Shown here: positions 39,010 through 50,730 of the stretch, in pieces
Layout of the letters: every line of letters starts with the position of its first letter
Position numbering within the stretch: the first letter of the stretch is position 1
DNA from: Octopus sinensis
Taxonomy: Eukaryota
NCBI RefSeq assembly: GCF_006345805.1
Contig: NC_043002.1
Span: 87,048,001-87,112,000 of the forward strand
Direction of reading: 5' to 3'
DNA length: 64,000 bases
Notes under the pieces: generated by a model
What the model was told of the DNA's origin: nothing
What the model saw: only the letters and a program-made list of their open reading frames with translations
The model's database searches: none
Program-made: the position numbers and the translations under genes

Positions 39010-39272
39010 AGACCTAGTGGTCAGGGCGTTGCATTCACGACTACAAGCCCGTGGTTTCGATTTCAAAACCGACGATGCGTTCTGTTCTTGACCAAAATAT
39101 TTCATATCAACGCTGCGCCGGTCCACTCGGCACTGCGATGGTCTGGCTGCCCGTTAAGGGGAATGTTGGCGTACCTGCTCAACCAATGGGACGGCATCAT
39201 TCGAAAAGCTGTAAGAATGCGAGGAAGCACGTTGTGACCAGTTGTGTATAACAACATCCGATAGTCTGATCG
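39010..39272 (+). mobile_element. SINE S2 (tail T2), degenerate
   Basis: Similarity to 2771-3053. Confidence 0.75.
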
Positions 39273-39274
39273 AC

Positions 39275-39736
39275 ACATACATACATACATACATACATAC
39301 ATACATACATAATACATGCATACATACATACATAATACATGCATACATACATACATGCATACATATAGACATACATACATGCTTACATACATGCACATAT
39401 GCTTGCATGCATGTATGCATACATACATACATAATACATACGTACGTACATACATACATACATACATACATACATACATACATAACACATACGTACGTAC
39501 GTACATACATACATAGATGCATACATACATACATACATACATACATACATACATGCATGCATACATATAGATATACATACATGTTTGCATACATGCATAC
39601 ATACTTGCATGCATGCATGCATCTATACATACATACATACATGCATGCATGCATGCATGCATGCATACATACATACATACATACATACATAGATACATAC
39701 ATACATGCATGCATGCATGCATACATGCATACATAC

Positions 39737-39767
<31 letters not shown>

Positions 39768-40155
39768 GATGCATACATACATACATACATGCATACATAA
39801 ATACATACATACATACATACATACATACATACATACATAGATGCATACATACATACATACATACATACATGCATACATATAGATGTACATACATGTTTGC
39901 ATACATGCATACATACTTGTATGCATGCATGCATCTATACATACATACATACATACATGCATGCATGCATACATACACACATCTATACATACATACATAC
40001 ATGCATACATACATACATACATAGATGCATACATACATACATACATGCATACATATAGACATACATACATGTTTGCATACATGCATACATACTTGCATGC
40101 ATGCATACATACATACATACATACATACATACATACATACATACATACATACATA
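39275..40155. repeat. ~880-bp (ATAC)n/(ATGC)n array with recurring higher-order blocks
   Basis: Direct inspection. Confidence 0.95.
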
Positions 40156-40510
40156 GAGGTCAGCTCTCCTGCTGATGTGAATGTTTGAAAATCAAAGAGA
40201 AAGAAGATAATTTTGGACAGCTTCTGTGAAACTTCCAGCTTTTTTTATCCATTTATATCAATAATAATTGATGCACTTGCTTTTGTAAGTAAATGCCTGT
40301 CAGTCTGGATAAGCTTGGATTTTCAAAAACAGAAACCAACAGGCTCGTACATTACAAATACAATCTGTAAGCGGAACATGTAAGCTATGTAAGATTTTTC
40401 TCAAGTTTAAAATGTGACATTGTTTCCATTATCTACATTCCAACGATGGAGCTTTGTATCTTTGTTAGAAACCAACACCTTGTTCAGAGGAAGAAATTTA
40501 AACAATTAGA
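40155..40510 (+). mobile_element. 5'-truncated R4/Dong-type RLE LINE fragment
   Basis: EVSSPADVNV aligns with EISSPADTNI at 63385. The downstream ttagaaacc...aagaaat resembles that element's 3' UTR. Confidence 0.55.
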
Positions 40511-40759
40511 AACAGCAAAGAACATACAAACACGCACAAACACACACACGTATATATATAAAATTAAATAATTGACAAAGGGACAGGAAATTATGCAATG
40601 AACTTCATTAGCTTAGAGCTACTGAGTTCAATGCATCTTACAACAGAAACAGCTGTGAGCTAACGAAATTCATTGCTTAATTTCTTGTTCCTTTGTCTTT
40701 AATTTAATTTCATATTACGCTTTGTACTCAACCTAATGCTTTATTCTTAAGCATATGTA

Positions 40760-41325
40760 TTGCGTTGTCCGGAAAGTTCGTGCCGATTTTTAAAGGAAAG
40801 AAAAAGGTCAATAAATACTTGCTATTACATTTTTAATCAATTAATACGAACCATTTTGTTGCACAATGCATCTCCATCTTTCCTTTAACTTGAAAATACC
40901 CCCTTCCCAGAATTGAGGTGGTTTCATGGCAAAGAATTCATCAAGGTATATTTTTACGCAATCCAGGGAATAAAAATTTTTACCATTAAGACTATTCTGT
41001 AGAGACCTGAATAAGTGGAATTCCGAAGGAGCAATATCTGGTGAATATGGAGGGTGGGGTAACACATCCCAGCCGAGCTGCAGCAATTTTTGTCTGATTC
41101 CCAAAGCATCAAGTGCCGAAAATAGACTTTCTTATCTTCCATTTTAAAGGGTTACAGAATTAACACAGGTTATAGGAACTTAAACTTTCTTCCACGAAAA
41201 GATATCTTAAACTGTGCTCTAAATGGAGGTGTAGTCAAATTCTATTTTCTGGACTCAACCATGTTCTAAAATAAGTCGAAAGGTAAGCTACTATAAATCG
41301 GCACGAACTTTCCGGACAACCACAA
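40760..41325 (-). mobile_element. Mariner internal-deletion derivative (~566 bp)
   Basis: ~30-bp TIRs gttgtccggaaagttcgtgccgattt with TA flanks. The N-terminus MEDKKVYFRHLMLW is fused to LGWDVLPHPPYSPDIAPSEFHLFRSLQN. Confidence 0.92.
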
Positions 41326-41588
41326 TATATTGAGTACCAAACCCACGTTATTAGTATTTACATTAATGTATGTATGTATGTATGTATGTATGTATGTATG
41401 TATGTATGTACGCACGTATATGTATACATGCATATATGGAAACGTACGTACACGCACATACTTATGCCCCCACAGATATTTGTATACATACAACAATTGT
41501 GAACAAAATCTCACCATCTTTTTCATAAGCTAATAATTTGTAACCATTCAGAAAAACGAAATTTTCAAAATATGTCATCGTTTTAGGG

Positions 41589-41654
<66 letters not shown>

Positions 41655-41974
41655 ATATACGGCTGAAATATTAATTTTATGAATTTAGATTGAATTGAGA
41701 CACAAGACGCAAAGTATTTATATTAAGCAGTTTTACCTGAAACCAAATGTTGCAATTATTGTGAATATCCAAACCATATTCCAAAAAATAGGATTTATTT
41801 ATTTCATAAACGAACAATTTAATAATAGCAAGTGTCAATTATCAAGGCTCCATTGAGAAAATAGTGAAAGTTCTTATCTGTATTTATGATTTATTGCGGC
41901 AAAGAAACGTTGTCTGGCTAAATCTATATATTAATACAGTAGTACCTACCTACCTACCTACCTACCTACCTACC

Positions 41975-42216
41975 TACCTACCTATTTCTTTACTACCCAC
42001 AAGGGGCTACATACAGAGGGGACAAACAAGGACAGACAAATGGATTAAGTCGATTATATCGACCCCAGTGCGTAACTGGTACTTATTTAATCGACCCCGA
42101 AAGGATGAAAGGTAAAGTCGACCTCGGCGGAATTTGAACTCAGAACGTAGCGGCAGACGAAATACCGCTGGGCATTTCGCCTGGCGTGCTAACGTTTCTG
42201 CCAGCTCGCCGCCTTA
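41975..42216 (-). mobile_element. SINE S3 (tail type b), full length, tail extended as (TAGG)n
   Basis: Complete head to tail, with (ccta)n on both flanks. Confidence 0.9.
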
Positions 42217-42339
42217 ACCTACCTACCTACCTATCTTTTGTGTCATTGTCCAAACTATAGAACGAAATCGAAGAGATGAAATTTACAACATTCATAATGC
42301 AATTGACAGGTAAACTATGAAACGAAATCGATGACAGTG

Positions 42340-42575
42340 AAGGCACATGGCACGTTGCTTCAGTTCACTCAGCTGTAGAAATGAGTTGCAACGTCACTGG
42401 TGCTAAGCTGTATCGGCCTTTGCCTCTCCCTTGGATAACATCAGTGGTATTGAGAGGGGAGGCTGGTATGCATGGGCGACTGCTGGCCTTCCATAAACAA
42501 CCTTGCCCGGACCTGTGCCTCAGAGTGTAACTTTGTAAGTGCAATCCCATGGTCATTCATGACCGAAGTGGATCT
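42340..42575 (+). mobile_element. S2-type SINE with tail T4, internally deleted
   Basis: Reverse-complement homologue of 43965-44300. Confidence 0.75.
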
Positions 42576-42879
42576 CGCTCATATATATATATATACACGA
42601 TGGCCTTCTATCTTCCAAATTTCAGTAAAAGTATTAATGAACTCAGAACCACATGGTCACGAAGCCGACTTTTCAACAATACAGTCATGCCTTCGCCTAA
42701 ATTACTCTTATGCTTTTGTTTTTCTTTTTAGAATCAATAGCTCATGTATAATTCATAGCTGCGATTTTGCGTTTAATGCGACAGCGGGTTTAAGTCTAGC
42801 TATACGAATTGTTCACTGATATGAATATAAAGGTATTTTAAAATTTGTTGAAACATTATACACCTAGTCATACAACAGA

Positions 42880-43095
42880 ATATTGGCTTCAAATTTTGGC
42901 ACAAGGCCAGCAATTTAAGAGAGGGAGTAAGTCGATTTAATTGACTCCAGTGCTCAACTGGTACTTATTTTATCGATCTCGAAAGGAGGCAAAGTCGACC
43001 TGGGGCGGAATTTGAACTCAGAGCGCAGGGAAGAACGAAATGTTGCTTGGCATTTTCCTCGGCGTACTAACGATTCTGCTAGCTCACCGTCTTGA
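42880..43095 (-). mobile_element. SINE S3 (tail type a)
   Basis: ttcaaattttggcacaaggccagc...gaatttgaactcag...gattctgctagctcacc. Confidence 0.8.
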
Positions 43096-43769
43096 ACAGC
43101 AGAATATCATAAACAGACTGCCTTTGATTTCATTCCATAGTTAAGATCGTTTATTTTTTGAAGCTAAGTGAAATATATAGATTTGCTTCTTATTTATCTG
43201 GGATTGGTCAAATGATGTAGAATCTCTGACGAGAACCCAGTAAATTTCGAAAATCAATTAACGCTGTTTATCATTTCTTTCAACCTATGGAGCAATCGTT
43301 AATTTTGCCATATTTGTATTTCTACCACGTTGGCTTTCATATAATAGCTCTTGATGTAGAAGAAGTTAAAAGGTGTATAACAAGGAATAAAGTTGCCAGA
43401 GATGTCTCATCATAAGAATAACATCTAAAGCATCAATATTTTAAAAAAGTATACAATTTCAAAAGAAATTATTTATTTCGTGGTTCTCTATAAACTTCTG
43501 ACTTCATAAAATTTTCAAATAACCATGAAATTTCTACGACTACCGCTGGTCTCCATACCACTACAATAGTGCATACCTATCCACCTACGTACGTACGCAC
43601 GCACATACCTACTTACTTATCCATCAACCTACATACCACTTGTGTCATCTTCAAACTATGGAACGAAATCTAAGAAATAATGTATTAGAAATATAACATT
43701 TTATTACCTATATTATTCGTAAGACTGATAAATAAATATTTAAAATTTAGTTTAGTATATATTAGTTTA

Positions 43770-43948
43770 TGTGGAAGCGCGTGGCTTAGTGGTTAGGGTG
43801 TCTGCGTTTCGATTCCCGGAGCAAAACACTTCATTTCACGTTGCTCCAGTCCACTCAGCTGGCAAAAATGAGTAGCGCTGCGATGGACTGGCGTCCCGTC
43901 CAGCTGGGGAATACATACGCCATTGAAACCAGGAAACCGGGCCCATGA
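43770..43948 (+). mobile_element. S2-head SINE with tail T1
   Basis: gcgcgtggcttagtggttagg head, central domain, then cgtcccgtccag...gaaaccaggaaaccgggccc. Confidence 0.8.
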
Positions 43949-43964
43949 TGTATGTATGTATGTA

Positions 43965-44300
43965 AGGGTAAGACCCTTTTCGGTCATGAATGAGCATGGA
44001 ATTTCACCAAGAAAGTTACCCCCCAAGGCACAAGTCCAGGCAAGGTTGTTTATGGAAGACCAGCAGTCGCCCGTGCATATCAGCCTCCTCTCCCCATACC
44101 ATTGATGTTACCCAAGGGAAAGGCAAAGGCCAATACAATTGGCACTAGTGATGTCGCAACTCATTTCTACAGCTGAGTGAACTAGAGCAACTTGAAATAA
44201 AGTGTTTTTTCTCAAGAGCACAACACATAGCCCATTTCGGAAATCGAACTCACTACCTCGTAACTGTGAATTCGACGCTCTAACCACAGAGCCATGCGCC
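43965..44300 (-). mobile_element. S2-type SINE with tail T4, full length
   Basis: Head ggcgcatggctctgtggttagagcg...gagttcgattt, central domain, tail catgctcattcatgaccgaa. Confidence 0.8.
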
Positions 44301-45696
44301 TAATTCACATATTTTTAGTGTCATTGTTGTAGTGTACGTGCAGAATGTTGCTGGCTGTGCGAATAATAACTGAAGCAAACTCACGAATATTTAATTTTGA
44401 TTTTACTGCCGGACATAATATATTTGGTGTTGATTACAATGAAAAAATATCAATTGTTGTCGACTGGGAGAAGAGAAAAACTACTCGGTGAATATAGAGT
44501 GCTACCTGTGGGATATCATGTTGTGTGTTCGAGTGTCTGGAGTAGTCTGCACAAAAGCCCGAGGTGATCTGTGGCGTCAGCGGCCTGTCGCCCTACTGAG
44601 CTGTGAGCTAAACGTCAAACGGTTTTTATAAGGTAACAGAGGGTAAATTTTGGAACATTCGAGAAAACCATATCACGCCACAGCTTCACGCTGAATTGGT
44701 TGATTTATAGAACAATCACGTGAAACTGCGATGACTCACTCGTGGTGTATAACTAAGTATCTAGCGGTTAGGGTTCGAATCTCAGCTACAATATGAAATG
44801 AACGGTATTTTTGACTGAAATGTTTGTCAGAAGATATAATTTTGCTCACAAACAGATGCAATAAGGTATCTGGATACGAAAATAAGTGAAAGGAAGAACA
44901 GATTCTAAAATTGTTCCTGGCAAAAAATTGATAAATTGTTTTCATTATTTATGTTCTTATGTGTATTTTATCTTAAAAGATAGTTATTTATGGGGAAAAA
45001 AATCAAGCCATGTTTAGTTTAATGGGCTTCGTATACGAAGAAAAATTGTGTTTTTGGAAGAAACAGTATTATTTGAATAAGTTATTTTCATATCGCTAAT
45101 TCACTAGCAAAACCCGTGGGAATTCCACGGATTTCGCTAGTCTACATGAATGGAATAATCTGGATACATTTTGTTTTGGATATCACTCGCTACACTTACA
45201 GAACTACAATATTCTGCAATAATTTCGTTCTATGTTTTATAACCTTTTGTTTTCTCTCTTTGAGTGATGGTATACTATTCCCTGGAGTATCATACAAAGT
45301 CTTTGTTTCTTCAAATTTCTTCATATAATATACAAATTTTGTGAATAATTTTTGTGCAGAACATGTTAAGTTTGGTACGTACGTCTAATGCTATTAGTAT
45401 TGAATTTACACAATTCTTATGAAATATTTTAAGTATTTCCAGTATAGAATTTATTCTAAGCCGAGGAAATGAATATTTAAAACGGATAAAATAAAAACTC
45501 TCACTACATACGATTGATATATTTCGTTTTCTTGCTGATCGCTTGAAAGTATTAGCAGCTTATAAATATGGGGAATTTGATTTAATCTGTATATATGTAT
45601 GAGTGTGGGGGGGGGGGGGGGCGTGTCCATGCGTATGTACGTCTGTCTAACTATAAACAGACACACACACACACTCATGTGTGCGTGAGTGTGTGT

Positions 45697-46225
45697 GAAG
45701 GCACATGGTATAGTGTCCAGACGAGTTAGCGGAAACGTTAGCGCGCCGGGCGAAATGCGTAGCCGTATTTCGTCTGCCGCTGCGTTCTGAGTTCAAATTC
45801 CGCCGAGGTCGACTTTGCTTTTCATCCTTTCGGGGTCGATAAATTAAGTACCAGTTACGCACTGGGGTCGATGTAATCGACTTAATATCTATGTCTGTCT
45901 TTGTTTGTCCCCTCTATGTTTAGCCCCTTGTGGATAATAAAGAATTAGGTATAGTATTCCAGGATGTTGCCCTTATAATCGCAAGATCCTGGTTACGATT
46001 TCCAGACAGGCGGAGCATTCTGTTTTTGAGTAAAACTCATTTCATGTTGCTCCAGTCCAATCAGTTGTAAATGGGTAAATCAGCGACGAACCAGTATTCT
46101 GTTCATGAGAAATGTTGACCTGCCCGCCTAACCAGCGAGGCGGCATCATTCGAAAGCTACAAAAGTGCGAGAAAACGCACTTGTGACCAGCGATGTATGA
46201 CTGTCTCCGATAGTATGGTCGATAC
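45697..46225 (+). mobile_element. S2 SINE (tail T2) with an S3 SINE (about 45722-45946) nested in its head
   Basis: Imperfect TSD ggtatagtgtccaga / ggtatagtattccagga flanks the S3 copy. Confidence 0.8.
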
Positions 46226-46494
46226 AATGATGTATGTATGTTTTGTCTTTGAGTTTTATTTAAGTTCGTCTGAAGCGAGTTCAAGCCGGTCGCTAACAAA
46301 GCGATAAAGCTTTTTGAGTTAAAAGAGTTCCTGGTGTTTGTAAATATATGGTTGAGTTGGTGCATTTGTTGAGCTGTCGATGACACACCCGAGTGCGTGC
46401 ATCTATTCCTCTAAAAAATCTCAGATGGAGAATCTTTGGAATGTCTTACAAATATGTATGTGTATGTACGTATGTATGTATGTACGTATGCATG

Positions 46495-46589
<95 letters not shown>

Positions 46590-46593
<4 letters not shown>

Positions 46594-47147
46594 AGGTCAC
46601 TTTCGAGTGCTACTGGTAACATATAACCCAGTACAACCTGTTGCATGGTCGGGTCGTCGGCAACTAAACTGGCAACCCCACCAGGCTTGCTTGGTGAGGA
46701 GGGTGTTTATTGGACACCCTGCGGGATGAAAAACAAAACCCGTCAAAGGGCGGAGGAACTCTTGAGGGTCAACGGCCATCCAATAAATGTCTTACGGCTG
46801 TATCATGTGCGGGGGCATAGAAATAATCGGACTGAATACCCGATCGCGTGGTTAAACCATTGGGAGTGAAGGACTCCTAGCCTTTGTTAGGGCATCATTC
46901 TAGGAGAAGGTAACCCAGGTAACTGGGATAACTCCGATATAAAACCTGCGGCTCAGTGGTTACCGATGATGTTGACTTGTTCTTCTTTTCGGATTATGGC
47001 TGCTGTTGCTTAGTGAGTGAGATTGACTCAGTGCACAGCCTTTCCTCACTTAAAAAAAAAATCTTCTTGCACAGGCATTGCACGATAACAACATTGATTA
47101 AGCTTCGTGCAATGGCCATACTCGATAACGAGGGGGCAGCCACCATG
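46590..47147 (+). mobile_element. Probable LINE (RTE-like) 5' UTR fragment ending at an ATG
   Basis: GC-rich block between (TA)n and (TATG)n, ending in GCCACCATG. The RTE assignment is from recall only. Confidence 0.35.
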
Positions 47148-47479
47148 TATGTATGTATGCAAGCATATATGCATGTAAGTATGTTCTTCCCTTTCTCTTT
47201 TTAATTTAGAGTAAATTTTGACCGGCTACCTACTTGATAGCAAGGATGTGAAAGAAAGCACCTTGATTTGTTCGTCATCCTTTGAATCTTAAGAAGGCCT
47301 TGATGATTTTTATAGTCCCATATATCGTAATCATTTGTAGTGTTATGTATATACGTGTATGTGTGTGTGTGTGTTTATGTGTTTATGTGTGTGTGTGTGT
47401 GTGTGTGTGAGACATACAAGTAAATAAGTCAGACAATGTCTTCAACACCAGAGCTTCGCATCGATAAAAAGTAGAGAAG

Positions 47480-48620
47480 CTGTAATATGAGAGAGATAAA
47501 TCAACACGAAACTTAGTAACATTCCCCGAAGAGTTCCCAATAATACCTCGGGCAAAAACACATATGATGCTTTTTAAAAAGATTTCCTGGAAGTTATAAG
47601 TTCTCCGAAACAGTTGAAAGAAGACATAATATGCTCTACCCATAAGGGAATACAGCAGGCACTAAAAATTACCGGCCTATATCTTTCATTTCAGATACGG
47701 GAAAAATCCTAGAACGATTTATCAGATGGAAACTGATAGTGTCATTAGTTGAAAATAACGTGACTCTTAACAAATATCCCGTCCAGACAGAAGTTGCTTC
47801 ACAGTTTTACAGAATTAATTCAATTCAATTCAATTCAATTTTTATTGGCTCAAAAAGCAAAAGCAATGCCATGTAGGGGGACATAGAGTTATGTACAGGG
47901 AGGGTGGTCATACAAAGAGTTCAGGCCATTTCTGGTCAAGAGAGACTTTGAACCGAGCGGTCGTAGGCATCTTCACTATCTCGTCCGGCAGCTTATTCCA
48001 CGGATCCGCAACCCGGACGGAGAAAGCCCCTCTCCTTCGATTGAGATGAAATCGTCGTAGATAGAGCTTTTCGGAGTGACCCCGCAGCCCACGCTCTGGA
48101 GCAGGAGTGAAGAACAGCTCTTTCGAGAGGTTACACTTTCCGCTTATGATGTTGCGAACGAGAATGAGATCACCACGGCGTCGTCGTTTTTCGAGAGAAT
48201 AAAGGTCGAGCGTCTTCAGCCTTTCTTCATAAGACAAATGCTTGAGACCAAGAACCATGCGGGTAGCCAGATTCTGGACTCTTTCGAGATGATGCATGTT
48301 TTTTAGGAGATAAGGAGAAGAGGCTTGAATCCCGTACTCCAATATGGGTCTCACCAGCGTGAGGCTAGACATTGAAGTAATAACTCATCCAGTCAAATGT
48401 AGATATGATATAGCATGTCTTTGCATCGGCCACAAACTAATGTGGTCTCGGTGTGGTTGGACAATTTGGGATTGGCTGCATGACGTTTTGAGAGGTAGAA
48501 CTGTGTTGCGTTAAGTGCTCTTTCAAAGGATACAATAATATACCCAGGAAACTGTCTTGGAGTGATTACTGTTTGTTATAGACCTGCCTTCAGTTATACA
48601 AACAACTAATCTCACGAATG
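47480..48620 (+). mobile_element. Old CR1/L2-type RT remnant split by a younger CR1 insertion
   Basis: KNYRPISFISDTGKILERFI before the insertion; WDWLHDVLRGR...LLFVIDLPSVI after it. Confidence 0.6.
47815..48365 (-). mobile_element. Young 5'-truncated CR1-clade LINE (ORF2 C-terminus, 3' UTR, (AATTG)n tail)
   Basis: Uninterrupted 154-aa frame LVRPILEYGIQASSPYL...LERVQNLATRMV...SYEERLKTLDLYSLEKRRRRGDLI...RGHSEKL...VADPWNKLP. Confidence 0.92.
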
Positions 48621-48852
48621 TAACCAAAAGTTCTGATGTCAAAAAACCTACAGAGTAAGCATCAGTTGAATATGCAAGAGAGTTAAAAAAAATCCACGTG
48701 TCATTAAATACTGTAAAATATCAAGCACTTCATTATTAGCCATCGAACACATTGCAGCTAGAATACAAAAGACAGAAAAGATTGAAATCCCATCCTCTAA
48801 ATGAGTGTGTGACCTGCGGATCCAGATGGGGGTAGTAGAATTTTACTAAGTT

Positions 48853-49254
48853 ATTTCTTTATTGCCCACAGGGGGCTAAACACAGAGGGGACAAAAAGGA
48901 TAGACAAACGGATTAAGTCGATTACATCGACCCCAGTGCGTAACTGGTACTTAATTTATCGTCCCCGAAAGGATGAAAGGCAAAGTCGACCTCGGCAGAA
49001 TTTGAACTCAGAACGTAGCGGCAGACGAAATACCTATTTCTTTACTACCCACAAGGGGCTAAACACAGAGGGGACAAAAAAGGACAGACAAACGGATTAA
49101 GTCGATTACATCGACTCCAGTGCGTAACTGGTATTTATTTAATCGACCCCGAGAGGATAAAAGGCAAAGTCACTCTCGGCGGAATTTGAACTCAGACGAA
49201 ATACCGCTAAGCATTTCGCCGGTGTGCTAACGTTTCTGCCAGCTCGCCGCCTTT
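48853..49254 (-). mobile_element. S3 SINE dimer (head + body + headless second body) inserted as one unit
   Basis: 14-bp TSD aattttactaagtt on both sides. Internal junction at 49031-49034. Confidence 0.9.
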
Positions 49255-49379
49255 ACAATTTTACTAAGTTTGCAACAAAATGTATGACTGAAGGGTTGGA
49301 TCTTGTTGATGCTGTAAAGGTATTTGTCCTCAGTAGTCTAGGTCTAGGTATATTGCTCTCAGCATTACTCGGCACATTG

Positions 49380-49930
49380 CGTTAAGGTGGAAAAGTTATG
49401 CTAGCAATTTTTTGTTACTCAAAAGGGCCTATACTGGAACATCTCCTGAAAAAGGGGTCTTTAGTCACCAGTGTAGGCTCCAGCGAAATGCTGGCCAACA
49501 AACTGAGACAGCACGAAACGCCGAGGTTTATTGCTGAATCAAGTGTTATAGTTGCACGACAATGCACGTCCACATGCAGCTGCCCACACTGTTGGGACCA
49601 TTGCAAAACTGGGTTTCAGGGTTGTTGGAATACAGTGTATACAGTCCAAATCTCGCCCCCTTTCGACTATCTCCTCTTCGGACTGCTCAGAAATCCTTTA
49701 CGAAGTCATCCGTTTGCTATGGACAAAGTACAGGAAGCGGTACATAAATGGCTGCACGACCAGCCCCAAATCGTTGTCTCCGATGGAATAAGCAAGCTTC
49801 TGGACCGTTAGAAGAAGTCTATCGAAGAGCAAAAAATGTCAAAAAGTCATGTCATTGTTCAACCCCTCCTTGTTTTTAAAAATAAATTACAGAAATAAGA
49901 GTGCATATATTTTTTTACTCACTCTGTTGC
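49380..49930 (+). mobile_element. Mariner transposase 3' remnant
   Basis: GKVMLAIF, LHDNARPHAA and YSPNLAP-FDYLLFG across frameshifts. Confidence 0.85.
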
Positions 49931-50425
49931 ATTGAGAGCTATGCATATTACCAAACAATATGCACTGCTGAATATTACCAAAATCATACCCACTCGATCT
50001 AGAATTACGACCATGTACTGAAATAGCTTAAAGTTCAAAGGCTCGCAGCTTTTCAATACCCTGCTGGAAAGCATGAGAGATATTCGTGGAGTGGTCATTA
50101 ATTTATTAAAACAAAATTTGTATATTGTATTGTTTAAGATCCCAGATGAGTCATGGTGAGATACATGTGGGGGTGGTGGTTCAAATTCCCTGATTCACTA
50201 CGGTTTGAAACTAATAAAAAAACACAGTGACCTTTAATACAGTTTTCACGCATCAAATGTTACCAGAAACTTTTTCTGCGTCACACCCATTGGCCTCACT
50301 GTTGACAACAATAGTGTAAGAAATGTAGTTACATTGTATATCAGAAAAACTTTCTACACAGCCTAGTACGAGATCTAAGCAAAGTTCCATGCCTTTAAGG
50401 TCCATTCTTCTTTCATCTCTTATAA

Positions 50426-50645
50426 TGATAAACGTCGCCCTTTTCAAGCCTAGCCAGGCTCATGGGCCCCGTTTCCCGGTTTCTGTGGCGTATGTGTCCC
50501 CCCCCCCCGGCTGGACGGGACGCCAGTTCATCGCAGCATTACTCAAGAAACAGGAAGAGAGAATGAGAGAAAGTTGTGGCGAAAGAGTACAACAGGGGTC
50601 ACCACCACCCCCTGCCGGAGCCTCGTGGAGGGCCATTGCGCCTCC
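50426..50645 (-). mobile_element. S1b-head SINE with tail T1, internally deleted
   Basis: ggaggcgcaatggcc joins directly to ctccacgaggctccggcag; tail gaaaccgggaaacggggccc. Confidence 0.8.
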
Positions 50646-50730
50646 GCTTCATCTCTTATACCAGAAATTTTTACTGCAGGTGGTCTGTTTCATTTTACTG
50701 CCGATTTTTGAGGATCATAATTTGGTATTA

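Noticed and set aside
39102-40154. 330-350-aa ORFs and the many other YI/MYVC/HT-rich ORFs in the track
   Set aside because: They are translations of (TA)n, (TATG)n, (CA)n and (TATC)n repeats.
46590-46680. HDV-like ribozyme at the start of the LINE-like leader
   Set aside because: P3-like and P4-like hairpins exist, but there is no room for P1 or P1.1 between them.
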